Shown here: in pieces, positions 38,037-47,809 of the stretch
Layout: each line of letters starts with the position of its first letter
Position numbering within the stretch: position 1 is the first letter of the stretch
Origin: Lachnospiraceae bacterium
GTDB lineage: Bacteria > Bacillota > Clostridia > Lachnospirales > Lachnospiraceae
Assembly: GCA_016288495.1 (NCBI GenBank)
Contig: JAEEZH010000155.1
Span: forward strand, 4,804 to 68,803
Length of the DNA: 64,000 nt
Direction: 5' to 3'
The notes under the pieces: model-generated
What the model was told of the DNA's origin: nothing
Seen by the model: only the letters and a program-made list of their open reading frames with translations
The model's database searches: none
Translations under genes and position numbers: made by a program

Positions 38037-39491
38037 ATGGGTATGATGATTTTGGATGGGATTTTATTAATGGCTGACATTGGAAAATTCATAATGGAAT
38101 CCATAAGGGGAAAGAACGGTTTCTTTCCCTATATGCTTATCGCCGGTATTATGATCGTTCTGGTGACTTCACTTGTAATGATAGTTGTCAGGCATTTTTT
38201 CAGAAAGCTGCGTCAGAACAGCAGGGCGATACATCTTCTGTTTTTTGAGAGACTGGTACAGGTCCTTATCGTGATAGTGGCGATATTCGTATTCGTATTC
38301 GGGTATATCGGCACAGCCACGCTGTGGCATGCATTGTTCGGATCTACCGTGGTCGTAGGCGGTATCGTGGGTATTGCCGGGCAGGATGTGATCAGGGATA
38401 TACTCGGCGGGCTCATGCTGAGCCTGTATAAGCCCTTTGATGTGGGAGACAGGATCTATCTTTCGGATATTCCCAAATCCGTCGTGGTGGAGGATATCAC
38501 CATGAGACATGTGGTGCTCAGAGCGAGGGACGGCATGCACTTCATCGTTCCGAACAGTGAGATCAACAAGCGGACCATCACACATTCCAATTACGATCAT
38601 GGCAACAGGGCTACCTATCTGCAGATCCCCGTGGCTTACGGTGCGGATCTGAGAAAGGCGGCGGAGCTTATCAGACAGGCTGTAAAGGAATGTCCCTACA
38701 CCTGTCCGAACAACTGGAGAAATAAGGATCTGGACGGCTATGGGGATGCATATCTGGTCTCCATAGGAGACAGTGCAATGATGATGGAGACCACCATTTG
38801 GTCGGAGCCTGCGACAGATAATGATCTGGCCGTGAGTGAGGCTTATCAGGGGATAATCAGAAGCTTTGCCAAGAATGGAATAGAGATACCTTATGACTTT
38901 GTGAATGTTGTCAGCCGTGAGGATACCCCGATGTTTTATGATGATGATCAGGAATATACCGCAGTTCGCTCTTCATCTACAAGTACGGATTTTGTGAGCC
39001 TGGGAGGAGATATACAGGAAAGCATAAAAGCTATCATGGAAGATGTGGCAGGCTTTTCAAGGTTTCATGGACTTAAATCGTCACAAAGGAAAACCGTTGA
39101 ACTGCTTTCCGAGGAGCTTATCTCACTTGTAGAGGCAGTGGCCGGAGAGGTGACGGGCCGGTTCTGGATAAGGGGAAATTATCAGAAGGTAAATATTCAT
39201 GTCCGTTCACAGCTGAAGATCTCTCCCCATAAAAAAGCTGAGTTTCTGCAGATCGCGAGCCAGAATAAGAATGCGGTATTTTTCGGTATAGTGAGCAGGA
39301 TAAGGGAGCTTGTCATATCAGGAAACAGTACGAACGGGGGCGTTTCCTTCTCCATTAAACAGGATCAGGGTATAAAAGAAGAAGACGGTCTGGAAAAGCT
39401 CCTTATCTCCAAACTCTCCGATGATGTTGTGGTATCCGTTATCGGGAAAAATGTGGAGATAATGGTGGTGAAGAAATTTGATAAGGAATGA
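38037..39491 (+). CDS. Mechanosensitive ion channel (MscS family) with an extended C-terminal domain
   Basis: It has N-terminal TM helices and the MscS pore/beta-domain signature GGLMLSLYKPFDVGDRI...VEDITMRHVVLRARDG...VPNSEI. Confidence 0.8.
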   Translation: MGMMILDGILLMADIGKFIMESIRGKNGFFPYMLIAGIMIVLVTSLVMIVVRHFFRKLRQNSRAIHLLFFERLVQVLIVIVAIFVFVFGYIGTATLWHALFGSTVVVGGIVGIAGQDVIRDILGGLMLSLYKPFDVGDRIYLSDIPKSVVVEDITMRHVVLRARDGMHFIVPNSEINKRTITHSNYDHGNRATYLQIPVAYGADLRKAAELIRQAVKECPYTCPNNWRNKDLDGYGDAYLVSIGDSAMMMETTIWSEPATDNDLAVSEAYQGIIRSFAKNGIEIPYDFVNVVSREDTPMFYDDDQEYTAVRSSSTSTDFVSLGGDIQESIKAIMEDVAGFSRFHGLKSSQRKTVELLSEELISLVEAVAGEVTGRFWIRGNYQKVNIHVRSQLKISPHKKAEFLQIASQNKNAVFFGIVSRIRELVISGNSTNGGVSFSIKQDQGIKEEDGLEKLLISKLSDDVVVSVIGKNVEIMVVKKFDKE

Positions 39492-39539
39492 TATAAGGCC
39501 AAGGGTCAACATGTTGAAGCTATAGAAAAGGAGAGGCAT

Positions 39540-42215
39540 ATGTTAAATATCCGGGAAGCAAACAAGGAAGAACTGACAACTCTGAATCATGGACGAAATG
39601 TATTTCGTGATGCGCTGGCAAAGGTAAGGGAGGGTGAAACCCGTTTTCATGTGACGGATCCTGAAGGAAAAACAGAAGACTATGACCTTGTCTATACGGA
39701 TAATATGCTGCTTTTCCCCGAAAATGTCCGCGGCCTTATCCTCAAGATGACGAACGGGGGGATGGTTTATGCACCCTTTTTCCATTATGATGAAGATGAT
39801 AAGGATAATCTCTGTCTGGATTTTCTTAAACAGTTTGACAGGATCGAGATAGAGAGTGTGGATGAATACAGCCTTGGAGTTGCAGGGGTAGCTCTGAAGT
39901 ATACTGACCTTAACATATATTGTTCAGATGAAAGGATCAGGTGGTTTTTTGAAGACACTGACCGGATCATTGTAGCAGAGAGCCTGCCTTCACAGACGGA
40001 AAAGGGGACTCTTCGGATGACTCCGAGTCCTTTTGAAATGGGTTATACAAAACGTGACTGGTCGTATTTAAGTTCTGTTGCAGCATTTCAGAATGTTTTT
40101 CTCTGGCAGGCGTTCATTAACGGAAGAAAAGGTCCGTTTAAGTATATTGAAGTTGTAATGTCGAGAATATCGGGTGTGGGGGCGATCCTTGCCAATATGT
40201 CGGTCGCTTCAAATGCGGGTGCTCCCAGGGGACTCAGTGCTTTCCTGCGGCCCGGATGTACGAGATATCCGGAATCGCTTTTATGCCGGTATTTTCATAT
40301 CAATCCCAAACCTGATGATGCCACAGAGGATAACACTTTTGTTTTGGAAGGTCTGTACGCCGTGTTCTCCACATCCTGGTACGCCTGCCAGTATCCCGCC
40401 AACTTTGACGAGAGTATATTGGATAAAAAATTTGCTGAGGAAATGAGGGAATATGCGGATGCGGTGTTAGGCGGAAAAAAGACACTTGGGGTTCTTGCCA
40501 GAGGAACGGATTATCTGACCGCAAATCTTGGTGTAGATCGTGTCCATGCAAGGCCGGACCAGATGATATCCGTTATCAGCGAATGGATCAAAGAGGATGG
40601 TTATGAAAAGATATTCCTTGCCACAGAGGATGAGGATAATCTTGAAAAGATAAAAGCAGCATTCCCCGGAAAAGTCATAGCTATTTCTCAGGAGAGAATG
40701 CGTCTTTCCGATCTTGAAAAGAGGGGTACCACGCTCATATATGAGTATGAGCAGAAGGCAAAGCAGGGTCAGGCATATTATGATGCCCTTGAAGATACGA
40801 CCGTCAATTATTTTTATGCGCTGTATATCCTGTCAAGATGTGACTCCTTCCTGTGCTCGGGCCAGTGCAACGGCTGGGATACGGTGCGGTCGCTTAGGGA
40901 GGGTAAGTTCCTCAGGGAGCGTAAATTAAAGGTTGCCATGGAGGGAGATCCCTTCGTGGAAAAATGGAAGGAGATACGTCCTGTTACAGCGGGAATGATG
41001 GCAAAAGGAGCATATTTTACAAATAAGGCGTTCTTTATGACATATCGTTTTGATCTGGCTGAGAAGGTGGATCCTGAAGCGGTAAAAAAGGCGTGGGACA
41101 AGACCATAGCGATCTATCCCTATGTCACATACGCGGAGGCTACCCGTGACGGAAAGCTTGTATTGCTTGAGAATAAATTGCCTTTTGTGATAGAGGAGAC
41201 AGGTGAAGTCATAGAACCCTATGAGAGGTCCGGTAACTTCCATTCAGTGACTTTCTGCTATCTTGACAAGGTTCTTTGGGTGTATGTCGATCACGTGCCC
41301 TATGACGGTACCGGTTTTAAGTCGGTTCTGGAGACCTTCTTCTACTACTATTATTGTGAACTTGACGGGAAGGAATATCCCGTACCGGAGGGTGTATTTA
41401 CCGAAAAGGACGGCGTAGTCCCGGGACAGGATGTGGATGCTTATCTTATGTCCGATGCGATCGATCCCGGTGTTATGATGGGATCATTCGGGAAAGATAA
41501 ATCCTTTGAGATAAAGGAAGCCTACAGGGATGAGGCATTTTCGACCCGTGAGGACTGCAGAGGCTATTGTATCAGTGTGCCCGGTGATGAGTTTATGACA
41601 TATGCGAAGTCGGTAGGAGGCAGCCCCATGTCGGTACTGGCTGTGCTGCTTGCCAGGGCAATGCAGAAGGTGCATCCGGAAAATACGCTTCCCATCGATA
41701 TCATGTCGCCTGTAAGTGTGAGAAAAGTGATGGGCAATGCCAATTCCCTGCTGCATCAGGTGGTTCACGCACCATATACATTTAAGGCTGAGGCTCTTAA
41801 TGACAGCGATGAGATATTGAATAAAAACTACAGGGATTTCCTGAAGGGTTTTGCTTCGGAACAGAACATAAAAATGCTCTGCGGTGTGTACCGTGGGATC
41901 TGTGAAGGCTTCGCCAAGGCTTTTGCCGCGGGAGCTCTTGACAATATTGTACTTGAGCAGAGATCAAAGGTAAAGATCGGAGGCTCCATAAGCTATCTCG
42001 GAACCTTAAGAACTGATGAGTATGGCAGCCGCATCCGGATGACTTCTTATCATGCCATGCAGGAAAAGGGTATGATGGCGCAGGCCATTGAAGTGGGAGG
42101 CTTCTTCTACATCAACTGGTATCAGGGCTTCCATGGTGAAATGTATGCAAAAGCCATGAGAGATCTTATGAAAGAGGCGGGAATGGATTCGGTTTCCCTG
42201 GAACGTGTGGAATAA
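39540..42215 (+). CDS. Large fusion protein (891 aa): an N-terminal glycosyltransferase-like region (fucosyltransferase-superfamily-type motifs) plus a C-terminal condensation/acyltransferase-like domain
   Basis: The motifs GVLARGTDY ... IFLATEDE ... ILSRCDSFLCSGQCNGW resemble the RxxDY / ATDD / Cdxfi.s.S motif triad of GT11/GT23/GT65-type enzymes. The motif DHVPYDGTGF resembles the HxxxDG catalytic motif of condensation/WS-DGAT/PapA5 acyltransferases. Both are assigned by eye only. Confidence 0.45.
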   Translation: MLNIREANKEELTTLNHGRNVFRDALAKVREGETRFHVTDPEGKTEDYDLVYTDNMLLFPENVRGLILKMTNGGMVYAPFFHYDEDDKDNLCLDFLKQFDRIEIESVDEYSLGVAGVALKYTDLNIYCSDERIRWFFEDTDRIIVAESLPSQTEKGTLRMTPSPFEMGYTKRDWSYLSSVAAFQNVFLWQAFINGRKGPFKYIEVVMSRISGVGAILANMSVASNAGAPRGLSAFLRPGCTRYPESLLCRYFHINPKPDDATEDNTFVLEGLYAVFSTSWYACQYPANFDESILDKKFAEEMREYADAVLGGKKTLGVLARGTDYLTANLGVDRVHARPDQMISVISEWIKEDGYEKIFLATEDEDNLEKIKAAFPGKVIAISQERMRLSDLEKRGTTLIYEYEQKAKQGQAYYDALEDTTVNYFYALYILSRCDSFLCSGQCNGWDTVRSLREGKFLRERKLKVAMEGDPFVEKWKEIRPVTAGMMAKGAYFTNKAFFMTYRFDLAEKVDPEAVKKAWDKTIAIYPYVTYAEATRDGKLVLLENKLPFVIEETGEVIEPYERSGNFHSVTFCYLDKVLWVYVDHVPYDGTGFKSVLETFFYYYYCELDGKEYPVPEGVFTEKDGVVPGQDVDAYLMSDAIDPGVMMGSFGKDKSFEIKEAYRDEAFSTREDCRGYCISVPGDEFMTYAKSVGGSPMSVLAVLLARAMQKVHPENTLPIDIMSPVSVRKVMGNANSLLHQVVHAPYTFKAEALNDSDEILNKNYRDFLKGFASEQNIKMLCGVYRGICEGFAKAFAAGALDNIVLEQRSKVKIGGSISYLGTLRTDEYGSRIRMTSYHAMQEKGMMAQAIEVGGFFYINWYQGFHGEMYAKAMRDLMKEAGMDSVSLERVE

Positions 42216-42700
42216 TGAATGACAATATAGTTATGGCCTGTGAAAAAGACAGAGATGAGATAATGTCTTTATACAGGGCTCAGATTGGAAGAGAATACTG
42301 CCCATGGAGTGAAGAATATCCTTCGGAAGAAACCATCGATTTTGATCTTTCGAGGGACTCGCTCTTTGTTTTAAAGGAAGACGGAGTGATTAAGGCGTCC
42401 GTCTCCATCGACGAGGATGAGCAGGTCAACAGCCTTTCCTGCTGGAATGATGATCTGTCCCCCGAAGGTGAGCTGTCGAGACTGGCTGTGCTGCCGGGGG
42501 AACAGAATAAGGGATATGCCAGGCTCATGATGCAGTTTGGAATGGATGAACTCAGGCGTCGGGGATATCGCGGCATTCATATCCTGGTGGGCAAACACAA
42601 TATCAAGGCGATCCGCTCTTATGCTGTCTTTGGTTTTCACCTGGCAGGTGAATGCTTTTTGTATGAACATGATTATCTGTGTTATGAAAAAGAATTGTGA
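42215..42700 (+). CDS. GNAT-family N-acetyltransferase
   Basis: The acetyl-CoA-binding region reads LAVLPGEQNKGYARLMMQFGMDELRRRGY. The start overlaps the upstream stop (TAATG), implying translational coupling. Confidence 0.8.
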   Translation: MNDNIVMACEKDRDEIMSLYRAQIGREYCPWSEEYPSEETIDFDLSRDSLFVLKEDGVIKASVSIDEDEQVNSLSCWNDDLSPEGELSRLAVLPGEQNKGYARLMMQFGMDELRRRGYRGIHILVGKHNIKAIRSYAVFGFHLAGECFLYEHDYLCYEKEL

Positions 42701-42716
42701 GATGAGTTCAACCAAT

Positions 42717-43001
42717 TTATTTCATAAGCTTTCGCAGGGTTGTCAACAGTTCGTCGACGATCTCTCCGTTATTGTTTTTTATCCCGTCTGTCACGCATCC
42801 TTTAATATGATAGCCAAGCAATTCCTGATTGAATCCGTCTATCGCCGAACCCGCTGACATGGATTGCTGAAGTATATCGTTGCAATATGCGTCATCCTCG
42901 ATCATTTTTTCCAATCCCCGTATCTGTCCTTCCAGGCGTTTTAAACGATTGGTCAGAGCCTTTTTCTGTGCCGCTGTTCTGCTTGTCTTCTTATCGGTCA
43001 T
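42717..43001 (-). CDS. csoR: CsoR-family copper-sensing transcriptional repressor
   Basis: The sequence LKRLEGQIRGLEKMIEDDAYCNDILQQ...HIKGC is typical of CsoR/RcnR (the x-C-H-C ligand pattern is present). Confidence 0.85.
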   Translation of the reverse strand: MTDKKTSRTAAQKKALTNRLKRLEGQIRGLEKMIEDDAYCNDILQQSMSAGSAIDGFNQELLGYHIKGCVTDGIKNNNGEIVDELLTTLRKLMK

Positions 43002-43012
43002 AAGTGATCTCC

Positions 43013-45589
43013 CTACTCTATCCCCAGTACCTTGTAGTCCTGATCTTCCACGGCTTTTTTGAGCACATCGTCCGCCACATCCGCACTCAGCGTCACTACC
43101 GCTGTATTGGCATTATGGTCCGCCACAGCGCTTTCAACGCCTGCAACAGCTTCAAGAGCCTTTTTTACACGAGCCTCACAGTGTTCACACATCATTCCTT
43201 CTACCTTAAGTGTCTTTGTCATTGTACTTTCCTCCGTTTCAGTATTGTTGATATTATTTATTTCGTCCCATGCTAAAGCAGGGCGTCTTACCTTATGGTC
43301 ATGGGTTGCATCATGCACCTTGAACAGATTAAGCCTCAAAGCATTCATGCATACAGTAAAGCTTGAAAGGGACATGGCTGCGGCTCCCCACATGGGATTC
43401 ATGCGGATGCCATGGTACAGTCCTGCAGCCATGGGAATGAGAATGATGTTGTAGGCAAATGCCCAGAAAAGATTCTCATATATGTTTTTAAGGGTTTTGC
43501 GGCTGAGTCTTACAGCTGCCGATACATCCGTAAGCTTTGAATTTATCAGTACAACGTCAGCGGCATCTACAGCAATATCGGTACCGGCTCCGATTGCGAT
43601 CCCTATGTCTGCACGGGTGAGAGCGGGGGAATCATTGATGCCGTCGCCAACCATTGCCACCTTTCCGTATTTCTGAAGGTCTCTGATCACAGATTCCTTA
43701 CCCTCCGGAAGTATTCCTGCAATGACATTGTCTACTCCTGCCTGCTTTCCGATCGCCTGAGCTGTCCCGGCGTTGTCACCGGTAAGCATGACGACTTCAA
43801 TGCCCATATTTTTAAGTTCTTTAACGGCCCGGGCGGAATCTTCCTTAATGACATCAGCAACCGCGATGATCCCGAGAAGTTTTCCTTCTCTTGCAAAAAA
43901 CAGCGGGGTCTTGCCCTCCTTTGAAAGGCTCTTTTCCCTCTGCTTTGTAACAGGATCCATACTGCAGACAGTGCGGATAAATTTCCCGGAGCCCGCATAC
44001 AAAACCTGACTGTTTTGCTCTGCGGATATGCCGTTTCCGGGAAGTGCCTTCCAGTTCGTGACCGGGTGCAGGGGACAGGGCGGATCATCCACTGAATTGA
44101 CAACTGCTTTGGCAAGGGGATGTTCACTTCTTACTTCCATAAGATAAGCTGTTGATACAAGCTCTTCCTGTGTTACACCGTCTGCAGGGATGATATCCGT
44201 AACCTCCGGCTTTCCTTCGGTAATAGTGCCGGTCTTATCAAGTGCCACGATCTGAACTTTACCTGTTGATTCCAGGGCCTCGCCTGTTTTAAACAGGATC
44301 CCGTTCTTTGCTCCCATGCCGTTACCGACTATGATCGCAACCGGTGTGGCAAGCCCCAGTGCACAGGGACAGCTTATCACAAGCACGCTTATGGCACGCT
44401 CAAGGGCATAAACTATCCCCGCATCCTTAATCATCCATATGACAAATACTGCAGCTGCAACAGCTATGACTGCCGGTACAAACACTCCGGAAACCTTATC
44501 CGCTATCCTGGCGATCGGTGCTTTGGTTGCAGCTGCGTCACTTACCATCTGTATGATCCGGGAAAAAGCAGTATCCTCGCCTACACGGGTGGCTTTTGCC
44601 TTAAAAAAACCGGAATGATTGATAGTTGCGGCACTTACGCTGTCTCCCACAGATTTATCCACAGGAATGGATTCTCCGGTAAGAGCTGATTCATCAACAG
44701 CCGTATCTCCCTCAACAATGGTTCCGTCTACGGGTATGGATTCTCCGGGTTTTACGACGAACACATCCCCTGCCCGGACCTCCTTGATATCCACTAAAAA
44801 TTCTTTTCCGTCTCGCTCTATCGTGGCGGTCTTGGGAGCCATCTTCATCAGGTTTTTCAGGGCATCCGTTGTTTTTCCCTTGGACACTGATTCCAGTGTC
44901 TTGCCCACTGTGATCAGTGCCGGGATCATAGCTGCCGATTCAAAATATAGCTGGCTGTGATATATCTCCATGAGATCCGTGTTAGGTGTTCCCCCGGTGA
45001 TCATAACCGTCATCTTGTAAAAGACATACAGAGACCACCCAAAGGATACCGATGAGCCAAGGGCCACCAGTGTATCCATGTTGGGACTTCCATGGAAAAG
45101 AGTCCTGAAGCCCGAGATAAAAAAAGCCCTGTTGATATACATCACTATGATCGCAAGAAGCATCTGTGAAAGGGTAAGTCCCAGGTGATTATGTACCAGG
45201 AAAGCCGGGACATAAAGACCAAGCATGTTGTGTCCCATAGTCAGATACATGAGGATCAGAAGAAAACCTACAGACCATATAAGTCTTTTTATAAGCTTTG
45301 GAGTCTCATAGTCCTTCAGGGCTTCTTCTTCAGCCGCAAGATTTGCAAAAGCATCCGGCCGGTCGTTCTCTCTTATATCCGCCGTGATCTTTGGCCTTGC
45401 GCCGTAGCCTGCATCCTCCACCGCTTTTATGACATCAGCTTCGCTGACGTCGCCCTCCACACCCATGGTATTTGTAAGAAGAGAAACGCTGACATCTTTT
45501 ATTCCCGGCAGCCTTCCGACTGCCTTTTCCACTCTGGCCTGGCATGCAGCACAGGTCATTCCCGTAACGATATAATGCCTCATTATCAC
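43013..45589 (-). CDS. copA: Copper-translocating P1B-type ATPase CopA with an N-terminal HMA domain and an in-frame C-terminal CopZ-like HMA module
   Basis: It has GMTCAAC (N-terminal HMA), the CPC transmembrane motif [24 protein letters not shown], and a C-terminal [15 protein letters not shown] module. The start is either GTG 45589 or ATG 45583. Confidence 0.95.
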   Translation of the reverse strand: MIMRHYIVTGMTCAACQARVEKAVGRLPGIKDVSVSLLTNTMGVEGDVSEADVIKAVEDAGYGARPKITADIRENDRPDAFANLAAEEEALKDYETPKLIKRLIWSVGFLLILMYLTMGHNMLGLYVPAFLVHNHLGLTLSQMLLAIIVMYINRAFFISGFRTLFHGSPNMDTLVALGSSVSFGWSLYVFYKMTVMITGGTPNTDLMEIYHSQLYFESAAMIPALITVGKTLESVSKGKTTDALKNLMKMAPKTATIERDGKEFLVDIKEVRAGDVFVVKPGESIPVDGTIVEGDTAVDESALTGESIPVDKSVGDSVSAATINHSGFFKAKATRVGEDTAFSRIIQMVSDAAATKAPIARIADKVSGVFVPAVIAVAAAVFVIWMIKDAGIVYALERAISVLVISCPCALGLATPVAIIVGNGMGAKNGILFKTGEALESTGKVQIVALDKTGTITEGKPEVTDIIPADGVTQEELVSTAYLMEVRSEHPLAKAVVNSVDDPPCPLHPVTNWKALPGNGISAEQNSQVLYAGSGKFIRTVCSMDPVTKQREKSLSKEGKTPLFFAREGKLLGIIAVADVIKEDSARAVKELKNMGIEVVMLTGDNAGTAQAIGKQAGVDNVIAGILPEGKESVIRDLQKYGKVAMVGDGINDSPALTRADIGIAIGAGTDIAVDAADVVLINSKLTDVSAAVRLSRKTLKNIYENLFWAFAYNIILIPMAAGLYHGIRMNPMWGAAAMSLSSFTVCMNALRLNLFKVHDATHDHKVRRPALAWDEINNINNTETEESTMTKTLKVEGMMCEHCEARVKKALEAVAGVESAVADHNANTAVVTLSADVADDVLKKAVEDQDYKVLGIE

Positions 45590-45611
45590 TCACTTGAAAA
45601 TAAATATGCTG

Positions 45612-45657
45612 AATAGTCCCCCCTACTATCCGGGATTATATACTAGGGGGGACTATT
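45612..45657. promoter_or_regulatory. Inverted repeat upstream of copA: putative CsoR operator overlapping a TATAAT -10 box
   Basis: AATAGTCCCCCCTAC...N...TAGGGGGGACTATT has C6/G6 tracts in 14-nt inverted arms. On the minus strand the spacer contains TATAAT. CsoR operators are typically GC-tract pseudo-palindromes. Confidence 0.5.
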
Positions 45658-45704
45658 TGTCAACAGTACATAGTGCTTTAATTTCGGATATCTGCAGAAT
45701 TATA

Positions 45705-45740
45705 CTTGAACGACCCGTCGGGATTGGTGTATCATTTATC
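45705..45740 (+). repeat. 36-nt array repeat, copy Z (most degenerate, 26/36 match)
   Basis: CTTGAACGACCCGTCGGGATTGGTGTATCATTTATC was compared with the consensus CTTGAACGACCCGCTAAAAATGGTGTATTGTTCAAC. The first 13 nt are identical, and it shares the ATCATT variant with copy A. Confidence 0.5.
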
Positions 45741-45809
45741 GGGATAGTCTTGCTTATGTCCATGGAAAAGGAAGGCAGCATGTAATTTAGCAATATAAGG
45801 AGGACATGT

Positions 45810-46133
45810 ATGGATAATATTCTTTTAGCCGCCACCGGGACGGTATCGGGAGGTCACCTTTGGTCTATAAGGATAATCGGTATCGCGGTGGTAGCGGCAT
45901 TCTATTATTTCGTTACTGTCAGACCCCGGGTCAGGGAGAAAGAAAAGAAAAAGGAAATGCTTACTAAAATGGAGGTCGGTGATGTGGTGGAGACCACAGG
46001 TGGTTTTTATGGGGTACTCATCGATGTTACGGATGAGGATGTCATAGTCGAGTTTGGTTCCAACAAGAACTGCCGTATCCCCATGAGAAAGACCGCTATT
46101 GCCGATGTATATAAGGCAGAAAATGATGTCTGA
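45810..46133 (+). CDS. yajC: Preprotein translocase subunit YajC
   Basis: It has a single TM followed by VGDVVETTGGFYGVLIDV...VEFG, the typical YajC core. Confidence 0.85.
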   Translation: MDNILLAATGTVSGGHLWSIRIIGIAVVAAFYYFVTVRPRVREKEKKKEMLTKMEVGDVVETTGGFYGVLIDVTDEDVIVEFGSNKNCRIPMRKTAIADVYKAENDV

Positions 46134-47261
46134 TCATAATTTTTTGTCGAAATACAATTGTTCATCAGCGCGTTTCAGACAGGTTTTGATCGTTTCATCA
46201 CTGTTGAGGAAATCATAGCCGACACTTGCTTCCAGCTTATATTTTAGATCAGCTGACTTCTCCTTTAGTATTGTTCTGAAACTTGAGATCAGTCCTGTCA
46301 CTGCCTCATTATCCACGGACCTTATGATCATAATGAACTCATCCCCGCCATAACGTCCCAGAAATATCGGAAATGTTGCCGCATCGGCAGTCTTTCTCAG
46401 AGAATCCGCTATCAGCGTAAGCGCACGATCCCCCTCGGCATGTCCGTAGTTGTCGTTGATCATTTTAAAGCTGTCTATGTCGATCATACATACACAGCAC
46501 GACTCGTCTTCGCTGTAACTGATGTTATCCATGTACCGGTCAATCTGCCTCCGATTGTTCAGTTTTGTCAGGGAGTCAACCGATATAAGCATCTGTAGGG
46601 ATTTGATGTAGAAATACAGCATCATCAACGTAACTCCGAAACAGAAAAGCGGTGCATTGAGCAAAAAGGTCTGCAGCAGGCCAAAAGATACTATGGCAAG
46701 CGGATAGAGAGCGATAAGCCGGTACAGTCTTTTTTCTTCTATCACAGTGGTTTTTTTTGCGTTTTTCAGGGAAATAACGGAGGAAGATAACACATATAAC
46801 GACGGAACAGTCACCATAAACGGATAGTAGAGATCACCGAGATTGCCATCTTTGTCTATCCAGAGTAAAGGGTTGATGACATAAGCTGCTATTATCACAA
46901 GGACAGATACCATGGTGGGTATCAGGACTGTTTTGGCAAATTTCCGTTTCTTATTAAGGAGCATCCCTTCCGAGGCAGCCATGTACATGAACCAGCTATA
47001 CCCTATAAGATGCAGGAATACATAGTTTGTAAAGTTAAAAAAGACAACAAAAAAACGAATATGGGGAAGTACATCGCTTAACACCGCAGCCCAGCCTATA
47101 TCCGAAAGAAAGTAAATGATATGTACGATGCCTGTCCTGATAAACCAGTTTTCCTGCTCGGTTTTGGTCCGGTAGCCTGTATTCTGAAAGATCAGCATGA
47201 TGAAAATGGCTATGCATACCAGGTTGGCTTCTGTATAGAATCCAAAGTATTCCGGTTTCAT
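46134..47261 (-). CDS. Membrane-anchored diguanylate cyclase (multi-TM plus GGDEF)
   Basis: It has hydrophobic N-terminal helices, then SLTKLNNRRQI...RYGGDEFIMI. Confidence 0.9.
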   Translation of the reverse strand: MKPEYFGFYTEANLVCIAIFIMLIFQNTGYRTKTEQENWFIRTGIVHIIYFLSDIGWAAVLSDVLPHIRFFVVFFNFTNYVFLHLIGYSWFMYMAASEGMLLNKKRKFAKTVLIPTMVSVLVIIAAYVINPLLWIDKDGNLGDLYYPFMVTVPSLYVLSSSVISLKNAKKTTVIEEKRLYRLIALYPLAIVSFGLLQTFLLNAPLFCFGVTLMMLYFYIKSLQMLISVDSLTKLNNRRQIDRYMDNISYSEDESCCVCMIDIDSFKMINDNYGHAEGDRALTLIADSLRKTADAATFPIFLGRYGGDEFIMIIRSVDNEAVTGLISSFRTILKEKSADLKYKLEASVGYDFLNSDETIKTCLKRADEQLYFDKKL

Positions 47262-47405
47262 TTATATTTTTTCCTACCTGACAACTTTTATTTATAATAT
47301 ACGGTTGAATTTTATAGTTTTATCGAATGTCCGTCCATTCTATTATAACACGTGAATTACGTATGGTTAAGGGTCTGGGTGATTTTTTCTTGGGAAATCA
47401 GCAAT

Positions 47406-47690
47406 CTAAACACTACGCTGTCTGGCCACTTCCACAGTACTCATCACACTTTCTTCTTTTTTAACGTAATCCGCAAGGTAAGGAATACAAAACATCACCT
47501 TGCCTCGTTCCGGGCTCGCAATGATCCCCTGGTCTATGAGATATGCCCTGGGTCTGCTCAGTTTATTCTGAGTCATACCCATACTGCGTGCAATATCAGC
47601 CGTTGAGGCAAGACGTTCTGAGTCCAGGCATTCGGACATCTTCGTTAAATATGTCCGCTCACTATTCGGAAGAGATAAAATGGAGAACTG
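47406..47690 (-). pseudogene. 5'-truncated remnant of an AAA-ATPase-type gene (C-terminal winged-helix portion only)
   Basis: The open frame has no plausible N-terminus. It reads ...STADIARSMGMTQNKLSRPRAYLIDQGIIASPERGKV..., an HTH-like tail. The frame stays open to within about 10 nt of repeat copy A. The family call is from memory. Confidence 0.5.
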
Positions 47691-47700
47691 TTAAGATTCT

Positions 47701-47736
47701 CTTGAATGATCCTCTAAAAATGGTGTATCATTCAAC
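47701..47736 (+). repeat. 36-nt array repeat, copy A (5 substitutions, 4 of them stem-preserving), followed by a 10-nt partial re-duplication
   Basis: The copy is CTTGAATGATCCTCTAAAAATGGTGTATCATTCAAC, then TTGAATGATC at 47737-47746. Confidence 0.85.
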
Positions 47737-47809
47737 TTGAATGATCTTATAATGGTAAACCGAAGATCTTATATAGGTAATGAAGACTGATATGGCTAAG
47801 GAGAATAAC

